The notes under the pieces: model-generated
The model's database searches: none
What the model was told of the DNA's origin: nothing
Seen by the model: the letters and a program-made list of their open reading frames with translations, nothing else
Translations under genes and position numbers: made by a program
Source: an uncultured Flavobacteriaceae bacterium
GTDB lineage: Bacteria; Bacteroidota; Bacteroidia; Flavobacteriales; Flavobacteriaceae
Direction of reading: 5' to 3'
Length of the DNA: 64,000 nt
Assembly (NCBI GenBank): GCA_963740155.1
Contig: CAVUDE010000004.1
Location: forward strand, 33,454-97,453
Shown here: positions 1-7,973 of the stretch, in pieces
Layout: every line of letters starts with the position of its first letter
Position numbering within the stretch: the first letter of the stretch is position 1

Positions 1-363
1 AAACTGATGAGCAATGCCAGCTCGGCTTCCCTCGCAGAACTCAACGAAAAATACGGCAGGTTACTCGCTGAAAATGAGGACATCAAACTGGGATTTAAGC
101 TTATCAGGGACACATTTTTATTCACAGATAAACGCATTATTCTGATAGAAGTACAAGGCTTGACCGGCAGTAAAGCCGAATATCAATCATTGCCTTATAA
201 GAGTATCTCGCGGTTCTCGCTTGAATCAGCAGGCACATTTGACCTAGATGCCGAGTTAAAGATCTGGATTTCCAGCGCCGTCCAGCCCAGCATCAGCAAG
301 AAATTCAACAAGAGCGTTGACGTCTATGAGGTACAGGCTTTTCTGGCAAGTAAGGTTTGTTGA
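1..363 (+). CDS. Bacterial PH-domain protein (YvbH/bPH_1-like), probably 5'-truncated by the window edge
   Basis: IRDTFLFTDKRIILIEVQGLTGSKAEYQSLPYKSISRFSLESAGTFDLDAELKIWIS is typical of the family. The frame is open from base 1 (K-L-M-S-N-A-S). Confidence 0.85.
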   Translation, partial: KLMSNASSASLAELNEKYGRLLAENEDIKLGFKLIRDTFLFTDKRIILIEVQGLTGSKAEYQSLPYKSISRFSLESAGTFDLDAELKIWISSAVQPSISKKFNKSVDVYEVQAFLASKVC

Positions 364-410
364 CTTTTTTCTAAATAAAGAACCCTATTCAGTTTTTTTA
401 GTTTGAAGCA

Positions 411-563
411 TCACATATTGAGTCGCTTGAGCTCTTCCAGCATAGCTTTTTGATATCGTATCACCTCATTAATTCTAAGCATCCAAGCACCTAGAAGTCT
501 CATAATTAATACGAAAACTGCAATGAAAAATAAACTGACAACAAGTAATAGATAAGAATCCAT
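411..563 (-). CDS. Small 50-aa single-pass membrane protein (below the ORF-track cutoff)
   Basis: Hand translation: MDSYLLLVVSLFFIAVFVLIMRLLGAWMLRINEVIRYQKAMLEELKRLNM*. Hydrophobic helix followed by an amphipathic helix; fills the intergenic gap. Confidence 0.65.
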   Translation of the reverse strand: MDSYLLLVVSLFFIAVFVLIMRLLGAWMLRINEVIRYQKAMLEELKRLNM

Positions 564-720
564 AAGTAGTTTTTTATATAAAACAAACATACCTTATACC
601 AAAGAACATTTTTTATGGAAAACCGTAATCAAGTTAAATAACGTACTAATTAGTATTAGCTTGTTCTTACGTTTACTATTATTTCTTTAATTTTAAGAAA
701 TCATTCAAAAAACAAACGCC

Positions 721-1082
721 ATGAACACAGAAGAAATTGCAAACAAGCTAGTCACCTACTGCCGCAACAAACAGGAAGACAAGGCGTAATAAGAGTTATA
801 CAGTCCTGAAATCACTAGCATTGAAATGGCTGAACCCATGAAAGAAGTCCACGTATGGATGGCATCCAGAAGAAAGGACAATGGTGGGAAGAGAACTTTG
901 AAGTCCACGAAACCAAAGTTTCTGATCCACTGGTCGCAGACAACCACTTTACCGTCAGGTTCTGGATAGATACGACGCACAAACCCAGCGGACAGCGCAG
1001 CCAGATGAATGAACTGGGAGTTTATCAAGTGAAAGATGGCAAAATCTGGAAAGAACAATTTTTCTATGACACGGAAAAATAG
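721..1082 (+). pseudogene. SnoaL/NTF2-like protein disrupted by in-frame stops and a -1 frameshift
   Basis: ATG at 721 gives MNTEEIANKLVTYCRNKQEDKA, then TAA TAA (787-792). The frame continues ELYSPEITSIEMAEPMKEVH, and a base is missing at ~853 before MDGIQKKGQWWEENFEVH...EQFFY. Confidence 0.75.
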
Positions 1083-1089
1083 GACTAAA

Positions 1090-1605
1090 TTGAGATACAT
1101 TACACTTAAGCAGGTCAGCTTACTGATAATTGTTTTTGCGCTTTTGCAGTCTTGCCAGAACAAATCTGATCTAACTACCGGTGAAGAAATTTCAACTAAC
1201 GACATGCCAGAATCAGCTGAAAATTTTGACTGGTTGATAGGTGATTGGAAAAGAATCAATGAATCTGCTGGCAAGGAAACTTACGAAAACTGGGAGAAAA
1301 ACAGCCGTGATCTATACACCGGAAAAGGTTATACTCTCGAGGCAGGCGATACTGTAAAAATGGAAAACATGCGTTTAAAAAGAACCAGCAACCGCTGGAT
1401 GCTGAGCGTAGGAACTCTAGATGAAGATAAGCCCACATTTTTCAAAATGACCGATTCTGCAGAAAACAGTTTTACCTGTGTGAATGACAGCATCGTTTTT
1501 CCCAAAAAGATTATCTACCTCACAGATGGAGATAAACTATACGCTCAGATCGAGGGCGATGACCTAAAAATTGATTTTGCTTTTCGAAAGATGGAAAGCG
1601 AGTAA
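1090..1605 (+). CDS. DUF6265-like lipoprotein
   Basis: TTG start at 1090, lipobox LLQSC, motifs FDWLIGDW, YENW, FTCVNDSIVFPKKIIY. Confidence 0.7.
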   Translation: MRYITLKQVSLLIIVFALLQSCQNKSDLTTGEEISTNDMPESAENFDWLIGDWKRINESAGKETYENWEKNSRDLYTGKGYTLEAGDTVKMENMRLKRTSNRWMLSVGTLDEDKPTFFKMTDSAENSFTCVNDSIVFPKKIIYLTDGDKLYAQIEGDDLKIDFAFRKMESE

Positions 1606-1661
1606 ATCTGCGAGAACTTAAAATCTGTAAAGACTTTTGGGTTGCAATGTATAGATTCAAC

Positions 1662-1696
1662 AAAAAAAAATCCCAGCGCAAAGCGCCGGGATATTT
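1662..1696. terminator. Bidirectional intrinsic terminator between convergent genes
   Basis: A9, then stem ATCCC(A)GCGC-AAA-GCGC(C)GGGAT, then ATTT. Confidence 0.65.
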
Positions 1697-1704
1697 AATT
1701 TAAT

Positions 1705-1785
1705 TAACTGACTAACTGATAACTGATTATCCGGTAACCTCATTAACTGATCATTTGATCACCTAATCACTGATAAATCAGTAAC
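1705..1785. repeat. Degenerate 7-bp tandem repeat tract (TAACTGA-like)
   Basis: TAACTGA at 1705, 1713 and 1720, with further degenerate units up to the VOC gene stop. Confidence 0.6.
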
Positions 1786-2184
1786 CTATTTAGCGTTCAC
1801 CATCCACTGGATACCAAACTTGTCTGAACAACGGCCGTAATGTGCGTCCCATGACATTTTCTGCCAGTTGGTATGTACGCGGCCGCCTTTCGCTAGCTGG
1901 TCAAACATATCGTTACCTTCTTGGGCATCTTTACAATCGATGCTCATACATACTGAATTCCCCTCGTTGAGGACAGTATCCGGCGCGACATCGTAAGCCA
2001 TAAAATGGAAACCGTCGCCTTTCAATTCTGCGTGCTGCCATTTATTCTTGTAGTCACCAGGAACATTTTCATCTTGCTCACCCCAGCTGATGCGATTGAT
2101 GATATCACCACCCAAAATGTCTTGATAGTGGTTGAGTGCTTCTTGACAATTACCTCTGAAAGATAGATATGCTTGTATTTTCAT
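1786..2184 (-). CDS. VOC/PhnB-like protein (glyoxalase superfamily)
   Basis: YLSFRGNCQEALNHY, HAEL, and the C-terminal WDAHYGRCSDKFGIQWMVN signature. Confidence 0.85.
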   Translation of the reverse strand: MKIQAYLSFRGNCQEALNHYQDILGGDIINRISWGEQDENVPGDYKNKWQHAELKGDGFHFMAYDVAPDTVLNEGNSVCMSIDCKDAQEGNDMFDQLAKGGRVHTNWQKMSWDAHYGRCSDKFGIQWMVNAK

Positions 2185-2273
2185 AATATGATTTAGTTTA
2201 TTTCAATCTACAGCTACAATTACCACCACGCTCTTAATAAAACGTGTATTCATAGAAATTTAACGAGGTAGGT

Positions 2274-2322
2274 GAGTTTTGAGCCATGAGCCATGAACTG
2301 TTAGCTGTTAGCTGTTAGCATA
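2274..2322. repeat. 7-bp tandem repeats (GAGCCAT x2, TAGCTGT x2 and variants)
   Basis: gagtttt gagccat gagccat gaactgt tagctgt tagctgt tagcat. Further TTGAACC/TGAAAC units at ~2530-2595. Confidence 0.65.
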
Positions 2323-2659
2323 AAATATAAAATTCAAAACTCATTCTCCACGAATCAATATTTTGTTATTCAATTCGCTCGGCCATCAATCATTAGTTAT
2401 CAAACGTTAATCGTCAGTCGTAATTCAACAGACGTCTTTGATCGGCCGTCTAAGCCGTCAAGATTCATGTCAATATTTACAAGGATTCAATCTTTGAAGC
2501 AGCCAGCTATTAACAGCAGTCAGCGAAAACTTTGAACCTTGAACCTACAACATTCCCATGCAAGAGTAAAAACCTGAAACGTGAAACTTGAAACAAAAAA
2601 CTTATATAAGCCACCTAATTCGTCAGTCACATTTAAGTCATTCAACTTCGCTAATTTAC

Positions 2660-4042
2660 CTACGCATTCAACAAATTGATCGCTTTGATATTGACAAATT
2701 CCTTGATACCAAAACCACCGTGCTCACGACCATAGCCAGAATCTTTTACACCACCGAATGGCATGTCCACCTGCGCAACACCAAAACTGTTGATAAACAC
2801 CATTCCAGTATCAAAATATTTGCTCGCTAACTCGATCGCCTTGTCCTCATCCTTACTGAAAATCCCTCCACCTAGACCAAAACGACTATCATTTGCAACT
2901 TCCATTGCTTCTTGAGTGTTCTTGACTCTTATAACCGATGCAACCGGTCCAAATAGTTCATCATCATACGCGGGTTGGCCTTTCTTTACATTGGTCAGCA
3001 CTGTGGATGGGTAGAAAAAACCGTCGCCATCTGGCATCTCCCCACCTATCTCTGCCGTGGCTCCTTTTGATATACTTTCTCTCACTTGTTGATGCAATTT
3101 CTCGCGCAAATCCTCACGAGCCATCGGCCCAAGGCGAGTATCGCTGTTTGTGGGATCACCCATGGTGGCAGATTTCATTCTATCAATAAATCCACTGACG
3201 AAATGATCATAAACTGCATCTGTGACGATAAATCGTTTTGCCGCCACACAGGTCTCACCGTTGTTGTAAAGCCGTCCTTTTGTACACGCCTTGATGGCAA
3301 GGGTGACATCTGCATCATCCAGGACAATGTAGGCATCATTGCTACCCAGTTCGAGCACAGACTTTTTTAACGCCTTACCAGCTTGCTCACCTATGATTTT
3401 CCCCGTTGCCGGGCTACCGGTGAATGTCACTCCTCTGGTCAGGTCGTGCTGCACAATTTTCTCGCTTACGTCTGGTTCAACAATAAGAACGGTAAATAGG
3501 TCTTTGGGTAATCCAGACTCCTCATAAATCTCTTTTAATCGCAAGCCGCTGCCAGTTGTGTTCTGTGCGTGCTTCAATAGCACACCATTTCCAGCCATTA
3601 GATTAACGATGCTGTATCGCATCACCTGATACAGCGGAAAATTCCAGGGCTGAATCCCATAAATTACTCCCTGTGGCGAGTAGGTAATGATTCCTTTCCC
3701 ACCGTTGACCAACTTACGCTTTTCATCCTTGAGCACCTCTTGACCGGTTTTTGCCGTGTAGTCACAAATCCCTTTGCATAAGGTCACCTCTTCCCTAGCG
3801 TCTTTAAGAAGCTTACCCATCTCACGGGTCATGAGTTGCGCTAGCCCCTCTTTATTTTCTTCCAGCACCTCACCTATTTTCTTGATAACGACAGCACGCT
3901 CTTTGAGCGTCCAGGTTTTCCATTTGGTAAATGCATCATGACATTTCTGAACCGCCTCTACGGCAGATTCTTCGGTCATGTAGTTATAAGACTTGATTTC
4001 TTTTCCTGTTGTAGGATTGATGGTAGAAAAACTTTTGCTCAT
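2660..4042 (-). CDS. gabD: NAD(P)-dependent succinate-semialdehyde dehydrogenase-like aldehyde dehydrogenase
   Basis: ALDH motifs IQPWNFP, FTGS, LELGSND, catalytic NNGETCVA, ELFGPV, PFGGVKDSGYGRE. Confidence 0.85.
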   Translation of the reverse strand: MSKSFSTINPTTGKEIKSYNYMTEESAVEAVQKCHDAFTKWKTWTLKERAVVIKKIGEVLEENKEGLAQLMTREMGKLLKDAREEVTLCKGICDYTAKTGQEVLKDEKRKLVNGGKGIITYSPQGVIYGIQPWNFPLYQVMRYSIVNLMAGNGVLLKHAQNTTGSGLRLKEIYEESGLPKDLFTVLIVEPDVSEKIVQHDLTRGVTFTGSPATGKIIGEQAGKALKKSVLELGSNDAYIVLDDADVTLAIKACTKGRLYNNGETCVAAKRFIVTDAVYDHFVSGFIDRMKSATMGDPTNSDTRLGPMAREDLREKLHQQVRESISKGATAEIGGEMPDGDGFFYPSTVLTNVKKGQPAYDDELFGPVASVIRVKNTQEAMEVANDSRFGLGGGIFSKDEDKAIELASKYFDTGMVFINSFGVAQVDMPFGGVKDSGYGREHGGFGIKEFVNIKAINLLNA

Positions 4043-4201
4043 GGTTTTTCTTTTAAAGGTACTTTGAACTCACCGCGCAACAGGTTAATTTTATAGTAAC
4101 GGTATCTATGTAAAAGGTTAATGATTTTTGGGATTCCGCTTTCACCTCGACTGCGCTCGGCGACCGCGCGAAAGCGTTAAAACAATAGCCAGATAACTTC
4201 T

Positions 4202-4801
4202 CTACTGCATGGTGTAGAGATTGCCGCGGTATCTAAAATTACTGCTGAGCGCATTGATCTCCTCAAGCTTTGCAGACATATCAGCAGTCTTGCGCCATTT
4301 GATCGAATGAACCAACACCCTGTTTTTGGTTATCAGACTCTTTAGAATTGAATCATGTTCTTGCCATGTGATCTGATGTTTCTCTACACCCACATTCAAT
4401 AATTCTGGCAACTGCTGGAGATGCGCCATGTTAGAATCGACACTCTGCACCTCGTTGAGTAAAAAATCAAGTTCTTCAGCATTAAGTTCATAGATTTTAT
4501 CCTCTGCAAATACATAGAAAATAGCCGATTGAAACAAGTTTGAATAGAAGAAAGAATTCTCATGCTGGCTTTTGAGGTCTATAATAATCTGCACTTGGGC
4601 ATTGGGATCATCTTGGACTTCACTCAATCGCTGACGAAAATCTAATCCATCTGGGATTGATCCGTCTCCTTTGTCTTCCATATCTATGCCATTGCCTATC
4701 TCGCGCACGCCTATGTTCTGGATGATTTTATCAGGCTCATCTTGACAGGATAAAAACAGCAATACACAAAACAGCAAAGAAAAGACCCTCATAATAGACA
4801 T
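4202..4801 (-). CDS. Hypothetical lipoprotein
   Basis: 199-aa ORF with lipobox LFLSC. The start may be at 4792. Confidence 0.6.
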   Translation of the reverse strand: MSIMRVFSLLFCVLLFLSCQDEPDKIIQNIGVREIGNGIDMEDKGDGSIPDGLDFRQRLSEVQDDPNAQVQIIIDLKSQHENSFFYSNLFQSAIFYVFAEDKIYELNAEELDFLLNEVQSVDSNMAHLQQLPELLNVGVEKHQITWQEHDSILKSLITKNRVLVHSIKWRKTADMSAKLEEINALSSNFRYRGNLYTMQ

Positions 4802-5080
4802 TTTAGTTTATTGATAGTCAATACTGTAAATTACTCAAATAAATTGAGATAGTAAAATCTCGCATAATTGAGATACAACTACAGCATCAAATAGAATGGG
4901 TATTTGCAACTTAAAAACGCAGGAATACCCTTTCTCAGTTTATCACTAAGATGAGACTTATCCCGTAATAATCGAATAGTGATTCAAACCAATAAACGGT
5001 AATTAAAAATCGGGGTGGCTAATCTTGTACCAGAGAAATTGAGTACCAAGGACATGAAAAGTAAAAGAAGCATTCCCATT

Positions 5081-5115
5081 AAAAAACCCTCTACTCTTAC
5101 GAGTAAAGGGTTCTT
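5081..5115 (-). terminator. Intrinsic terminator after rplT
   Basis: Stem AACCCT(C)TACTC-TTAC-GAGTA(A)AGGGTT with an A6 tract on + (U tract on the - strand). Confidence 0.7.
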
Positions 5116-5136
5116 ATAAATTGCGAGAAAAATGAT

Positions 5137-5481
5137 TTACTTCACCTGGTTCACCACTGCTTTAAAAGCGTCTGGGTGGTTCATGGCAAGATCTGCCAAT
5201 ACCTTGCGGTTAAGTTCTATGTTGTTCTTTTTCACAGCTCCCATAAATTGTGAGTAGCTCATACCGTACTGGCGAGCGCCAGCGTTGATACGGGTAATCC
5301 ATAACCTGCGGAAAGTGCGTTTCTTGTTTCTTCTATCGCGGTAAGAATAAAGCATTGCTTTATCCACTGCGTTTTTGGCTACTGTCCAAACGTTCTTTCT
5401 ACGACCGAAATAACCTTTTGCCTGCTTGAGGACTTTTTTTCTGCGAGCTCTGCGAGCTACGGCGTTTACTGATCTAGGCAT
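5137..5481 (-). CDS. rplT: 50S ribosomal protein L20
   Basis: [29 protein letters not shown]...LWITRINA...[10 protein letters not shown]. Confidence 0.99.
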   Translation of the reverse strand: MPRSVNAVARRARRKKVLKQAKGYFGRRKNVWTVAKNAVDKAMLYSYRDRRNKKRTFRRLWITRINAGARQYGMSYSQFMGAVKKNNIELNRKVLADLAMNHPDAFKAVVNQVK

Positions 5482-5574
5482 AATTTTAATTTTTTGGTGA
5501 CAGGCGGTCTGTGTGACACTTGATGCGCTGCTACCGGGTTAATGATGAATTAATAAACCATCAAGTCCTACGAC

Positions 5575-5772
5575 TTACTTAAGATTAAGTTGTAGCTTGA
5601 TATTAGGCTCGTCTGCTTTATCGACGAGGGTAGTGTGCGTAAGCGCTAGCTTACGTTTCTTGCTCTTTTTTGTCAGGATGTGACTTTTAAAAGCGTGCTT
5701 TCTTTTAATCTTTCCAGTTCCAGTAAGCTTGAAACGCTTTTTGGCGCTGGATTTTGTCTTTTGTTTAGGCAT
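5575..5772 (-). CDS. rpmI: 50S ribosomal protein L35
   Basis: [36 protein letters not shown], 65 aa from the ATG at 5772. Confidence 0.98.
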   Translation of the reverse strand: MPKQKTKSSAKKRFKLTGTGKIKRKHAFKSHILTKKSKKRKLALTHTTLVDKADEPNIKLQLNLK

Positions 5773-5831
5773 AATTCCTAGTTTTATAGTTCTCGCATTA
5801 CCATTCACCACAGCTATGGTTTATGGAGGTG

Positions 5832-5839
5832 CAAAAGTA
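5832..5839 (-). promoter_or_regulatory. Bacteroidota -7 promoter element for rpmI-rplT
   Basis: TACTTTTG on the - strand matches TAnnTTTG, 59 bp upstream of the rpmI ATG. Confidence 0.55.
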
Positions 5840-5940
5840 AGTTTTTTATTTGGGTTTGCGGGCGATAAACACACTTAAAATATGAATCTACCTTACTGAT
5901 CTTTGTACTCGTAATTCTAGCTTATCGAGAGACAAATGCT

Positions 5941-5962
5941 AGTTCGAGCGAGAGTCGAGAAC
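5941..5962 (-). repeat. REP-like short repeat (GTTCTCGACT-nn-CGCTCGAACT type)
   Basis: The reverse complement GTTCTCGACTCTCGCTCGAACT matches 27768-27789 at 19/22 positions. Confidence 0.6.
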
Positions 5963-6036
5963 GGGATTAATTATTCTACCGCTCCATCCTCGCAGCCTGC
6001 GCTTTGCTAACTAACGACCTGTGAGCACTATTTTTA

Positions 6037-6165
6037 GTCAAGCTGAATTTATTTCAACTTCTCACTGCTAGGAGCAAATACCTAGATAATCGCACCATAC
6101 CATCCATGAGATATATACTCGGTTTCCTTGCGTCCTGGGCGATACCGAAATAAATTCGGTATGAC
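6037..6165. repeat. Inverted pair of GTCA-tagged REP-like hairpins
   Basis: GTCAAGCTGAATTTATTTCAACTTCTC (6037-6063, +) and GTCATACCGAATTTATTTCGGTATC (6141-6165, -). Confidence 0.6.
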
Positions 6166-6274
6166 AGATACTTAGAGTTGTTGCCGGTTCGAGTGATTTT
6201 GTAAGTAGGCGAACAAAATCGTATCGAAAACCAAAGGTGCTTTCCGATAAATTATCCAAATCACAATTTTATAC

Positions 6275-6715
6275 TTAGAATCCTAATCTCTTTTCGGACT
6301 TTAATTCCTTGAGAAACAAACTGAAAATGTATGGGTCATTCATAAAATCACAGAAGCGAATGATGGTACATGAATCACCTAGCTTTACGGCTTCAAAATC
6401 CCAACCAGGGAGAATCTTTGAAGAGCATGTGGTAGCTCGTGGATCGTCAGCTATATATTCAGTTTTATTTGATTCAATTGCAGGTGGGATGGCATTACCC
6501 ACTGCCAATAAAAATCTACCTTCCTCATTGGGTTCTTTTGATACATAGATTTGCACCTGTATTTTGCCATGTTCTTTAAAACCCTCAGGCCATTGACTTA
6601 AGTCAACATGAATCCCTGGAGGGTACTTCAAATTTTCTGATGAAGAATTTTCCATCTCTTGAGAAAAACCGAACATAGACAAACTAAAAAATATAAGAAC
6701 TAGTTTACTGGACAT
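6275..6715 (-). CDS. Hypothetical secreted protein
   Basis: 146-aa ORF with a Sec signal (…SMFGFSQ); no family recognised. Confidence 0.6.
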   Translation of the reverse strand: MSSKLVLIFFSLSMFGFSQEMENSSSENLKYPPGIHVDLSQWPEGFKEHGKIQVQIYVSKEPNEEGRFLLAVGNAIPPAIESNKTEYIADDPRATTCSSKILPGWDFEAVKLGDSCTIIRFCDFMNDPYIFSLFLKELKSEKRLGF

Positions 6716-6740
6716 AAAAGGAATTTTCCCCTAAAATACA

Positions 6741-6764
6741 AAAAGCCACCTCACGGTGGCTTTT
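6741..6764. terminator. Terminator downstream of the infC duplicate
   Basis: AAAAGCCACC-TCAC-GGTGGCTTTT perfect hairpin; paralogous to 7324-7345. Confidence 0.75.
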
Positions 6765-6784
6765 AAAATATCAAAGTAATTTAT

Positions 6785-7009
6785 TTACTTCTTCTTAGGA
6801 GCGATAAACATATTCATACGTTTACCCTCCATTTTAGGCATCTGCTCAACTTTTCCTAGCTCTTCCAGATCTTTTGCGAGATTCAATAATAGAATCTCAC
6901 CCTGATTTTTATAGATAATAGATCGTCCCTTGAAGAAAAAGTAAACTTTTGGTATAGCACCTTCTTAAAGAAATTTTGCGGCGTGTATCTTTTGGAACTT
7001 AAAATCGTG
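6785..7009 (-). pseudogene. infC: Partial duplicate of the last 75 codons of infC
   Basis: Colinear with 7401-7625 at a constant 616-bp offset. Encodes …FFKGRSIIYKNQGEILLLNLAKDLEELGKVEQMPKMEGKRMNMFIAPKKK*. In-frame TAA at 6965-6967; no 5' part of the gene. Confidence 0.9.
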
Positions 7010-7045
7010 TTTACGCAATTTGTTCTCTATACAATGGATTTTGCA

Positions 7046-7312
7046 TTACCATAATAGAAAATAATACATCACTATCAAAAAAAATAGTTGTATAAGATTC
7101 AACCAAATTCGATTTTTAAGGAGTTTATAGGCAGCGTAGTGTAATAAAAGCATAAACAAAGCAAGGCCGAGAAATAAAAGCGATAATCCCGCACTCAATC
7201 CGTATGGATCGTCCAGTCGCCATTCCTTTAGTTGCCAGTACAAGATCCAGCCAATAATACAAGCCACCGTTACCGACCAAACAGTGATTCGTTTTTTTAA
7301 GAACTGCCACAT
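7046..7312 (-). CDS. Small hypothetical membrane protein (about 3 TM helices)
   Basis: 88-aa ORF with three hydrophobic segments, lying between infC and its duplicate. Confidence 0.65.
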   Translation of the reverse strand: MWQFLKKRITVWSVTVACIIGWILYWQLKEWRLDDPYGLSAGLSLLFLGLALFMLLLHYAAYKLLKNRIWLNLIQLFFLIVMYYFLLW

Positions 7313-7323
7313 AATAGTTCATC

Positions 7324-7345
7324 AAAAAGCCACCCTAAGGTGGCT
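7324..7345 (-). terminator. Terminator after infC
   Basis: AAAAAGCCACC-CTAA-GGTGGCT hairpin. Confidence 0.7.
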
Positions 7346-7400
7346 CATAATTTTAAAAAAATAGTCCATCAATCATTAAAAAGATCGACCAATATAAATA

Positions 7401-7958
7401 TTACTTCTTCTTAGGCGCGATAAACATATTCATACGCTTGCCCTCCATCTTAGGCATCTGCTCCACTTTTCCTAATTCTTCCAGATCTTTTGCGAGGTTC
7501 AATAATAGAATCTCGCCCTGGTCTTTATAGATGATGGAACGTCCTTTAAAGAAAACGTAGGCTTTCAGCTTAGCTCCCTCTTTAAGGAACTTTTCAGCGT
7601 GTTTTTTCTTGAACTCGTAATCGTGCTCATCCGTATTAGGGCCAAAACGTATTTCCTTGATCACCACCTTACTGGCCTTAGCCTTCATGGCTTTTTCACG
7701 CTTGTTTTGCTCGTAAACGTATTTCTTGTAATCCAGAAGTTTTGCTACCGGTGGATCAGCATTGGGAGAAATCTCGACAAGGTCTAGTTCCTTTTCCTGT
7801 GCGATCTTCATCGCATCACGGGTATCCATGACTTTGGGCTCTCCCTCACCGGGTTGAACCAGGCGTACCTGTCTTGCACGAATCTTCTCGTTGATCTTGT
7901 GCTTGTCTTCTTTAATAATCCGGGCGGGGCCGCGGCTTCTGCGTCTTCGTATTGCTAT
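7401..7958 (-). CDS. infC: Translation initiation factor IF-3 with a non-canonical ATA start
   Basis: The frame extends upstream of the tracked Met: ATA GCA ATA CGA…=(M)AIRRRRSRGPARIIKEDKHKINEKIRARQVRLV. Contains KEIRFGPNTDEHDYEFK and AYVFFKGR. An alternative ATA lies at 7964. Confidence 0.93.
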   Translation of the reverse strand: MAIRRRRSRGPARIIKEDKHKINEKIRARQVRLVQPGEGEPKVMDTRDAMKIAQEKELDLVEISPNADPPVAKLLDYKKYVYEQNKREKAMKAKASKVVIKEIRFGPNTDEHDYEFKKKHAEKFLKEGAKLKAYVFFKGRSIIYKDQGEILLLNLAKDLEELGKVEQMPKMEGKRMNMFIAPKKK

Positions 7959-7973
7959 GGCTATAAATTTTAA

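Noticed and set aside
756-1274. 172-aa minus-strand ORF
   Set aside because: Antisense to two recognisable plus-strand genes; no motif.
2430-2510. Possible decayed four-helix-bundle gene remnant near the heptamer tracts
   Set aside because: Only a vague resemblance to an AVSIMSNIAEGF-like motif, needing several indels; no ORF.
6068-6259. 63-aa ORF between rpmI and the hypothetical gene
   Set aside because: Runs through a REP hairpin; no protein-like features.
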